From Mytilus californianus (taxonomy: Eukaryota): DNA of 64,000 nucleotides. Below are positions 53,836 through 64,000 of the stretch, piece by piece. Location: contig NW_026262723.1 in assembly GCF_021869535.1 (NCBI RefSeq), positions 73,222,001-73,286,000 on the forward strand. Direction: 5' to 3'. The position numbers and the translations under genes are program-made. Within the stretch, counting starts at the first letter, position 1. Every line of letters starts with the position of its first letter. The notes beneath the pieces were generated by a model. It had not been told where the DNA came from and did not search any database. It was given only the letters and a program-made list of their open reading frames with translations.

Positions 53836-56065
53836 TTTTTTTCCATTTTGTGTGTTTGCTTTTTCCTATTTGGTTTGATGGAGGTTTATATCTTTGACCT
53901 TTCACTTCTATTTCTGTTACTTTGTGTATTGTATGATTATGTCAATTTGGCCTGCGAGATCGCGACAGTCATATGGAAGTATTCGAATAATGTACACAAC
54001 AACCGTTTACACAGAAGTTGTTTTATGTGTTGTCAAACAGCGAAATTTCAATAAGATTTGAATTGTTTATATATATTTTTTAATCTTCAGTTTACGACTG
54101 GTGAAACTTTTACTTTGGTTTATTTGGTTTATTTGTATGTTTTGGTGTTTAGTGTGGCGTCCATTTTGCTGAATTATGATACATTATTGTTCAGGAGTCG
54201 GCCGAAGCCCGCCTCCGGGTACGGGATTTTCTCGTTGCGTTGAAGACCCATTGGTAGCCTTGTGCTGTTTTATGCTCTTTGGTCGGGTTGTTGTCTCTCT
54301 GATACATTTCCAGTTTCAATTCTCTATTCAATCAACTGAACATCCAATGTCAAATGATCGAAAAACTAGAATTGGACGCTTGAAAAGATAGATAAAGACA
54401 GTTTTACAGGTGATATGTATGAACTGTAAAAAAAAAACCCATCTTCCTCCATTAAATAGTTTCTCTATTTTACAATCAATAAATTACAAATGTACACTCG
54501 TTACTCTTTTTATGCACAAACATTCATTTATGAACGAAACAGTTAAATATACAATATGTTACAACAATGACCGTGTTCCAATACTGTTGAAGCTTAAGAC
54601 CGGGTAGACCCTGACAGACAGTTTCATATCAAATTACTTAAAAGAAAACCGTTAGTATGAACTCCAATAATTGTAACTATCTTACCACGTGTAAGTGTCT
54701 TTTATAATTTAGAAAAACGATTGGTATGTGTCACTGAGCATTTATTTTAGGAAATTAGCTTCAGTGTACATGAGGTCAAAAGGTTTGAAAGAAGAAATAA
54801 ATGAAAATATTGTTTGAAAGGAAAAATAAATGCAAATAATGCTGTACTACATTTATTGAACTGATTTGGCCCGTATTCAAGAAGGGACGAACTAATTTTC
54901 TTCGTGTATTGCTACTTAATTTTCATGGGTATGATCAACTAATCATGTGGCACAATATATTTCCAAGTCATTGTTGATAATGTAAATACTAATTTGTAAG
55001 TATTATGGATTTTCCCCCCTTGTAATGACTTGATAAAATTAAGGGAACGTGGTCTCATACGATTGGATGAAAAAGAAAGCTTATTGTTGATATTTATAAC
55101 GTTTAAATGACTCTCGAATAAGGTAAATCAAAGCTTTCCACTACACCGTGTATAAATAAAATACTCGATACGACAGAAAGTCGATTATGCATTTTGTTGA
55201 AAACTTTTACTTTTTATCTAAGTGTCACATTCATGTATAGACTAACATGATATCGTCTTCAAAATAACTTTGAAGTGATTTTGAGTTTAGAATTGTTGTT
55301 TGTTTAGTGTTTGTTTTGAAGTTCACGTAGTAATATGGTCAATAATCCTTCTTGGTCATTTATGAGTTACAGAAAAAAAAACATATATATCATTTCACAA
55401 ATGTATAGTTAAGTTAGATTTTACCCCCAAAAATCTTGTTTTTTACATGAATAAAAGGAAATGTGCGATATACGCCTATGGCACAGCAATCAAACGGCAC
55501 AAAATCACTGAATTGCGAATTGCAGAAAGTAAGGACAAGAGCACAGCGCAACGTTGTGATATAGTTGTGATACAAGTCTGGATTTTGGCGGTTTAGAGCT
55601 TGGTATAGACATTTGTCTATTGTTGGAGTTGCCACTTGGAACACTGGCCTCTTTTTATTCATTGAAGTTTAAGGTAGACACTCTGAGGGTAGACATATTT
55701 CCCTTTATTTATGTTTGAGGTGTGTCTTAATTTTTAAAAGCATGAACATAGATTTCCAGTGAAATAAAAAGATAGACGTACTGACACAGCAACCGGTACA
55801 TTAAGATTATAAATGAGGATGTATGCTTTTACCAACAAAGAAAGGGATGTGAGGAACTAATTCAACAAAGCAGAGATTATCACACACAGAAAAAGCAACA
55901 CAGTTATGAAATGAAACAATATATGACTATGGTATTCAAAGAAAATTTATTTACACAGAAGCATTTGAAGATTTTATGAAGGGCATTTTTAGTAAAAAAA
56001 GTTTACATTGTAAGATTTAATTTGTTATTAAAGGTTCTGAAAGTTGTGTTTTTTTTTTCTTATAG

Positions 56066-59000
56066 AGATAGCGTTTGATACCGGTATTAGTTTGGACGTT
56101 GTTGACCCAGACCTGTTGGGAACGGAAAAAGATAATGTTGCTGATCCAGTCAATACAGGTATGTGTTCATCAAAATCAACCAATTCATAAAGAAAGTCAA
56201 TTAAAGTCTCGCAATTTGAGAGAAAGTTTTTTTTACCATACGTTACAAATTCAAGAAACATACAGACCGAAAGCGAAAATATATTATAGTATGCATACAT
56301 TAATTATGGAAACTTTTATCAGATGAATGCGTTATGTTGAGAATCAAACAGATTTAACTACTGAATAAATCAATTTAAAAATTCGGACCTGCAGTTTACG
56401 GATTTTTTCGTGTATTTCTGATAGCGTGTGCATCGAGATTGGTTCACACTATTAGTACCATCCTTTGATATGTGCATAATTAGCCAATAAAAGTTCTCAT
56501 ATTTAATAAAATGTAAGGTACTTGCCTCCAAATATTTGATGTTGGTATAATTGTTAAAACTCCCTTGATCTTGCAGGGAGCTACTTGTTTAAAGCAAAAA
56601 ATGATGGTGACACCAGAGCTTTGACATTGAACATACTGGTACGAGATTTCAAGTCGGCAGATTCGCTGTACTTTAGGGCTCATCCAACTTTCCTAAAATG
56701 TATACAAGCCGCCATGACCAAACTCAGAAATGCTGATAAACAGGTAAAATATTATAAAAATAGATAGTAGCAAAGAAAAAAAACCAAACGTAACAAGAAT
56801 AATATTTTAGGATTTTCTCCTGGAGTTTTCATGAAATATGAATCAAGAACGTCCCTCTTAAATTGGCAGTTTTCATACACTATAACCAAAAGCAATAGCT
56901 TTACAAAATTGAATGCCGTATGCAAGGCACGCCCGCACAAAAAAAAAATTCTATTTTAAGGAATTTTAAACTTACAAACTGAAAAAATGTATCCAGTAGA
57001 TATCAGTTCTTTATACTAGACGATCAATGTAGTAGAAGATTCCAATTTCAGCAGCACATATTAATGCCAAAAGTTCTTTTTCACAAACATGTAATTGCGA
57101 GGGTACACACTTTTTATCAAGTCTCAGACACAAATGTATATCTTGTTTAAAATTGTTAATAAGTGATAAACACATCTCTCATACTATACTTCTCTGTTTC
57201 AAGGTCGCAGTTAAGCAAGGGTTTCAAACACACAATGACGTTGGAGGTGGTACCTCAGACAGAGAAAATTACCTTAGAAGCGGTGCTGGTATCACACTAC
57301 AGGCTAAGCAGGGAGTAACTGTCACTCTGGACGAAATCGTCACTGCTGTCTTGCAAACATGTCCTGTTCCTATGATGGTAAGTAGCAGTTCTTAAACCCC
57401 TTGAGCATACGCCCTCTTCCAATAATTTTATGTATTGTATAGACAGTTGTCATCTATAATTTGTTATATTCAAATTGAAGATGACAACATATTGCGGTTC
57501 TATTCACATGCATCTTGCAATCCAAATTACTAGTATATATTCATTCCTGTCTGGAAACAATGATTCCTGTTCCGGTGTCTTAGTTTACGCCATTTTGAAA
57601 ATATTGACCTCTTGTAACTGTCAGCGTATTGTCGTTTCGGTGTGCTCTATAGTGTATTCCTTACCAGTGCGTTTATTCCGTCGGAAATGAAACACTAGGG
57701 GAAACACGCCGGGGATCATTTTCATAATTATTTCTCCAAAAGGAAGTCAATTCCAGAAAAGATTCACTGTTGCATGACAACACTAGTATATAACATGTAT
57801 ATCTGTCTTCGAACCACGCCGTCTGTAGTAGCAATCATGTTTCGATAACATCTTTAACATTAGGTTTGTCATCAAAACGCAATCAGACCAATTGATGCCT
57901 TTTGATGAAACATCATTTCTGTCTTGAAAATGGTACCTGCTCCAATTATTTAAAATATTTAAACTTGTCGATAATATCTCTGGTATGTTATGTCCAATCA
58001 AGACAAAAGCAAAGTGATTAATTATCAATGAATCAAATCATATCGCTACGAAATGGCAACTTCTGTACTCCACAAAGTATCGAACCAAACTATTATATAG
58101 AAAATCTGAAAATATTTCATCTGCCGCTCATCTCAGCTGTTGCAAATTAGACATTTGGCTTTCAGTAAGAGAGCATATAGGAATCTCTTCCTCAAAAATG
58201 AAATCTCAGGAGAAGTTAAATCTCAATGTTATTACACCTTTACCGGTAAGGACCCATATATACTTAAGGAAACACCAATAGGATATAAAATAGAAAGAAG
58301 TCAGATATTCCATAAAAAAGCGAATTAAATACACACTCTAGCGTATGAGCAATGTTAAAACATCGAATCTGGCCACTTAAATCGCTAAGTAGACCATACA
58401 TTTGTAAGATGGACAGGGACATGAATGCCATCGACTTATTTTACAAGACGACAACATATATGCAAAAATCTTTCGAGATACCAATATCACGAACTAAAAC
58501 ACATGATAATGTTTTATCCACGCATCACTTAAGTCTCGATTCCTTAGTAGCAGATTCCCTAAGCATTGTAGCTTTTACTATTTTATAAAAATAAGGAGAT
58601 GTGGTATTATTACCAATAAGACCACGATCGACCAGACACAAAAAGATAATGCAAACAACCATAGGCTAGCATAGGGGACTAAAAGGCATGAACTTAAACC
58701 CATACCGTAAAGTAAATCAGTCTTGGATGGAAAGCGGTCTCATTGGCACTCATACCACATCTTCTTATATCTATTTACATTTACTCAAATTATTTATATA
58801 TAACAGAAATTAGAGAGAGACATTGGCATTGAGAAACTTGCGGATGGCGTCCATGTTCACATGAAAGGAGCTACCCATACTTCAGGACCAACGTTCACTG
58901 GCGTGTCAGGAGAGTATGATGATATAAATGCTGGCTTAGGTAATACTGTCTTATTACAATCAATTGAAACACTGATATATATATAAGATTGTTTTTTTTA

Positions 59001-62000
59001 TTTGTTTTGAATATGCACTTGGCCTTTAACAGTCCTATACAAGTAGGTGAATGGGGATATGAATGCCTAATCTCCATCTCAGATTTCTTTGGTCTTCAAA
59101 CTACTTAGTAGTCTGAGTATACTATTTTAGATATAAAACAATGACCATTTTATATCTATTCATCAAACTTGAATACCCTCTCTGTAAAAACAAGAATTGA
59201 ATGTTAACAATATCACTAGGCAATGAATATATAGATATGTCAAAAGTCCGTCGTTTGCAATGAGAAACAACCAAAATCTTATGAATGAAAAAAACAGAAG
59301 GTGCAAAAACTAATTAAGTACTGTATATTTTCTTAAAGTTTCATCGATCGTGTATTGGAGGAGGTGCGAACACAAACGGACATATACGGCGATCTTTTTA
59401 CTGTACATTATACAACTTGGCCATACTTTGGAAATACAAACTTGCTTCATTCATAGTTACATGGAAAGCAAAAATAATCTGAAAATTTATTCATAACCAT
59501 TGAATAAGATCTTTCTTCTGTGTTCATTTTAGATCCACAGAAAATACCAGATTGTTCCAATCTTAACACAGTTGCAGATGGTGCGTACTATCCTGGTGGA
59601 TACGATGATCCAACAAAAGTAGTAGGTGTAGTTGATGAACCAGTGGATAGAACTATGACAGTAGATGCCAGCAGGTATGTGGGCAGAATTGTTTAAATAA
59701 TTGATTTGTCAAACAGGTATCGATATGACGGTGGAAAGTAGCGGGTAAGATACCGGAGGAATAGAAATTCAAAGTAAAGAATAACAATTTCCCACAGTTA
59801 AATTGACCTAAGGTGGTTAAGAACATTCGTTGTTGGTCCTTTTGATTATGTAGCCCATGTATAAGTACATCTATGGCAGTCCGAGTTTTTTATCTTTTGG
59901 CATATCGAACTCAGAAAAAGATAGTTTACTTTAATTAACTTTGTGTCACACGTGAAACAGCTCCTTTTAACCCTTCCGGAGTAACTGAGATCACTTCCGG
60001 TTTTAATCTTTAGTTTTCTATATCGTGTTTTGTATTCTGTTGATTATCGTTTTGTCATTTTTCGATTTTTGCCATGGAGTTGCCAGTTTGTTTTCGATTT
60101 CCCTTTGGTTTCTACTGTCTCTCTTTTGTACCATCCTGTATTGATTTAACATCGTCAACGCTCATGACTACAGTTTCATATAGGCACAGAAAATTACAAT
60201 AAATATATTTGGAATACAACCAAAACAAAAATCCAAAAAGGCCCTTTAGAGATAAACCATTAACTTTGTCTTGGAGAGTATTTAGCATAAAAAATGGTTT
60301 CTTTATATAAGTTGACGTATCCTTTTTTCGGTAAACATGTTTATTACCATGTCAGCGCACCCGTTCTCGCTTCTTTTGGAGTTCATGCGATTTTCTCAGT
60401 ATTTGTTTCTTAAATTGGTTTATCTCTTTTCGATCTACTATCGCCTTAGTTTATCAACGAATGATTTGGTTATCAACACATACTTGGATGTGATTTGTCC
60501 GTTAGAAAACTCCCCTTTGGTTTACACTTTCGTAACCTATTTAAACACTGTGATTTATTTATGTGCAGTACACATGAATGAAATCCTGGGTTCTAAGAAA
60601 ATTGAAATTGAAGTAAAAAAAATAAAAAATGTTCGTGTTCAGAATTATAAGGATTTAAGGGCATACGACACAGTTTTGATCCCACGGTGATTTATTACGA
60701 AAATTTGCATACAAGCTATTTTTCACCCAGTCAATTCAAATATGTAATAAAAAATAAACCTTCATGTGCCACTTTAAGAGATAAATGGGGTCGAAATTTT
60801 AGACATTTACTCAAAATTTTTGTTTTTTGGACATTTCTATCCCTTGGATAGACATACCTAACTTTTTTGTTTCAAAAGATAAACAAAAATGGATTTTTGT
60901 AAAAACATTTGGAAAATCTTCTTTACATAAGTATGGTCTAAATTTGTATAACAATTCTTTGGAAATAATTAATTTTTATCAAAGTTTCATGATTTTAGAA
61001 AATAAACGGCATTTTTTGCTGTATATTTATCTAATTTAAAAAAATTTCATCTGTGACTTTTTCATAACATTTGGTACAAAAAATCAGAGGTTATTGATGG
61101 GTAAACTTGATCGCTGACTCAAAAACTTTACATTCAGTTTGTGACTTCATCGACCCAATGTACACATCAATTAATAACCTCTAAACAAAATGTGGCTATT
61201 AGGTTAAAACTACATGACTGTAAAATTCAGTAAAAATACTTTTTTCCATTCTCAATTTTATTTTTAAAATATACTGTTTAATTCAATTTTTTTAGACTTG
61301 TACAGTATTTGGGTAACAACGTCGACTTCAGTGATTGTGCAAATTATGCAGGAAATGCATTAACTGGACCTACGCTAAGGTAAGAACAATTTTGTACGGA
61401 TTAATACCAGAGCATATAAAGATATTACACACAAAAAAAAATCAAATGGTAAAAAGAAGTATTGCAAATTGTAGAATTTGTCCTGCAAAATAAATATTTG
61501 TGATCCTAATCCATAAAAATACTATTTTATGGCAAGTTATTTCAGCTTAATGACTTTATTTCATCTATGAACTTTTTGTAAAGAAAAATGTTGAAAAAAT
61601 CCAATTAGGTTTAATTTTGATTTTAGGTGTGCACAAAGAACGATGACAACAAGAATGTACAATGCCGTAAAATACTTACAAAAAATGGTTATAGATAATA
61701 TGTCAGGTAAGACAAGATATATAGCCAATGCTTTAATCGTTGATATGAGAAACACTATCAAATACCAAACAACAAGCCTGCTTTAATTGAATAAAAACAA
61801 AAAAGATATTTAATATGACTTTTTAATCATTGTTTGTATTGCATTTTTCAATAATTACATAAAAAACTAGAATCAAATTGCATATTCAAAAAGAAAAGGG
61901 CATCATTGTATGATAATTCTTCACTAAGCAAGCAATCTAATAAACACATATTGTTATTAGATGTTTAGTTATGGAGACAATACTACAAGTAACCGAAACT

Positions 62001-63392
62001 AATTTAATTCATCGACATTACTATGCGCTTTCACAAAAATCGGCCGAAATTGTGGACATCCAGATATTTTATAACAACACTTATAATAAGTAGTAACGGT
62101 TTTATCCAATAGGCAAGTTGGAGATCACAAAAGCATGGGACGATACAGGTGCAAATCCAGATTCTCTCCATTCGGAAGGTAGAGCTCTGACAGTACAGCT
62201 CAAGGCATCATCTTCGTCAGCAGATATGACAACGCTGTCACGATATGCTATATGTGCGGGTGTAGATTATGTTGCACACAAAGGTTTGTATGCTTTGATA
62301 TTGTAAACAATAATGGTATCCTTAAAGTAAGTATTGTAAACCAATGCTATCGATTTGGTTTATATTTTTCTTTATAAGAAATAATTCAAAGACGGTACTA
62401 AGAAAGCCTAAAAACAAATATAATAGTGACATTTCTTTTATAAAAGCTTAATCAATGATTTCCTAGTAATTTGTTGCATTCACCCATAATGTTTCTCTTT
62501 GAAATTTATATTGATGTGGACTGCATCATGGCTAGTACCAGTGTAGAGAAGAAAAGTTATAAGGTAAAATTAGGAAAATACAATTTAAAATGAAAATAAC
62601 ACTTAGTAAATTTCATGTGTCCTTAGCCCTTCTTTAGATTTACATTCACCAGGAACACGAAATACATACAGAATTTATGATAAGCAAAACAAAGGGCCAA
62701 GAAATCACTGTTTTTCAAAGAATTTTTTTTTTTCATAGGTGATCACCTCTTGCTAGCTGTAAAGAAAATGAAGGGTGATATAGCTAATATGATCCAGTTT
62801 AAATCCATTCAACTGATGGCAGTAGAACCACCATCTTCGAAAGCGTCATACTACAGTTTGCCATCTGAATTTACAGAAACTGAGATTAATGCCAAATATT
62901 CCCTGTTTGACAGCAGTGGTCGGGTTAGTATAAACATTAATATTAGTGTATCAGTAACAAGTAGATGGTAGAAATGCATTTTGTATTCGAATTAGTCATG
63001 CCTTTTATGTACTGTATTAGTGATGCCTTTCACCACATTTATTAGAAGTAATATTCAGGATTTGTATCAGCACTCATATTCAGCATCTATTTGGTTTACA
63101 TGATATAACGTTTAGGAGATGAGACAAAAAGACAATTTTTAATTAAAGGGAACAACTCAATAAAGTTTGGTGACCGTCTTTTAGAATTACATTCATTTAT
63201 CATAATTGATACAAAACACAATACATATTGAAATAATTCAATTATTGCAGGAAGATTTCAAGCTAAACGACAATGCTACAGTTGGAATGTTTATGTCACA
63301 AGATCCAGACTACCGTTACTTTAGATTAGACCCTAGAATAGTCGAATGTTATTCTTCAATAGTTGACAGTGAAAACAAAAACTCAGATGACT
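56066..63392 (+). CDS. Hedgehog/DD-peptidase-fold multidomain protein (M15A-like, Hedge, M15A-like), 3'-incomplete; exons 56066-56158, 56577-56743, 57204-57377, 58807-58939, 59533-59674, 61296-61379, 61627-61706, 62113-62283, 62739-62923, 63251-63392
   Basis: Ten GT-AG exons join without stops (phases 1,0,0,1,2,2,1,1,0,1). Exons at 59533-62765 align by eye with Hedgehog N-domains: LVQYLGNNVDFSD, AQRTMTTRM, KLEITKAWDDTG, SLHSEGRALTV, LSRYAICAGVDYV, DHLLLAVK versus Shh LTPNYNPDIIFKD, ADRLMTQRC, KLRVTEGWDEDG, SLHYEGRAVDI, LARLAVEAGFDWV, AHIHCSVK. Confidence 0.85.
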
Positions 63393-63519
63393 GTAAGTAT
63401 GATATTTAGAAATACTTGTTTATTTCGGAATTGGCTTGTTAAAACGATATTGTTTTTATTGTAAAATTTTCAGTTTATAAATTTTGTAATTGCACTAATA
63501 GAGGTTGTGACTTCTTCAG

Positions 63520-64000
63520 GTAAAGATGTCCTCAGACGAGAGGTGTCATCTTTAGACTCATTTAGATTTGCTGTTCTGTTTTTGACATCTAAAACTTTTG
63601 GTCTCGATCGAACCTGGTGAAGGTTATGACCGACACATTTTTGTGCTTACTGAATTTGGCAGTATACCTTCATATAACTACTACTTGGTCGATGTCTCTG
63701 CTAATGGTCCGTTAGTCCCCGAGGGAATCATTCACCCAGATTTCAGAGCCTTGGTAGGATTTAAAAGATGTATTTTAATTGAAAATGTTCATGTTATAAA
63801 TGATGACATTGCAGTAAAAGTATGGCTGCAACTCTCTCAAATTTGACTGTCATGTTGAAACTCGTTGATATGTTGCTGCTCTCATTTATTTTAAGTTTAC
63901 TTATTTTTGATTCCAAAACTGCTGGTCTATCGCATATCTTACGATGGTTATTCCAGAAACGCGTGTCATGTACATGCAAATCGATAGACTGCATACCTGT
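63520..64000. repeat. Dispersed repeat fragment in the intron after the last visible exon
   Basis: No phase-compatible coding continuation was found. The sequence (ggtcgatgtctctgctaatggtccgttagtccccgaggg...) looks like a recurrent bivalve repeat; this is from recall and was not searched. Confidence 0.4.

Noticed and set aside
56066-63392. Calling the gene hedgehog (hh) or hedgling
   Set aside because: No CGPGR N-terminus; the Hedge domain is internal; no Hint, VWA or cadherin domain is in view; intron positions differ from hedgehog. The gene symbol is left blank.
63598-63846. 82-aa ORF as the next exon of the Hedge/M15 gene
   Set aside because: No convincing phase-1 acceptor or domain continuity, and the region looks like a dispersed repeat.

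Overview
AT-rich, intron-containing animal genomic DNA, most like a mytilid mussel (inferred from the C1q gene type and repeat families; no search was run). Four protein-coding genes can be assembled by hand from GT-AG sites and reading phase. (1) A 2-exon secreted C1q-domain protein (+, 9040-9932, 213 aa). (2) A 3-coding-exon 3-mercaptopyruvate sulfurtransferase (-, 13523-18003, 297 aa). (3) A 10-exon SIRT7 (+, 20465-36399, about 1101 aa), head-to-head with the sulfurtransferase. Its exon-7 splice donor is amplified into 20 extra in-frame 42-bp units, and its last exon holds a ~700-aa insertion with seven CxxC-x(4-6)-CxC modules. (4) A multi-exon, probably secreted protein (+, 56066 to past the window end; candidate signal-peptide exon at 47516-47597), visible in the ORF track only as unlinked fragments. 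It carries a clear Hedgehog-signalling (Hedge) domain between bacterial-style M15A DD-peptidase-like segments, with most metal ligands substituted and no Hint domain in view. The rest is a decayed RTE LINE, other LINE fragments, SINEs, MITEs and Helentron-type non-autonomous elements with internal tandem arrays. All alignments were done by eye.
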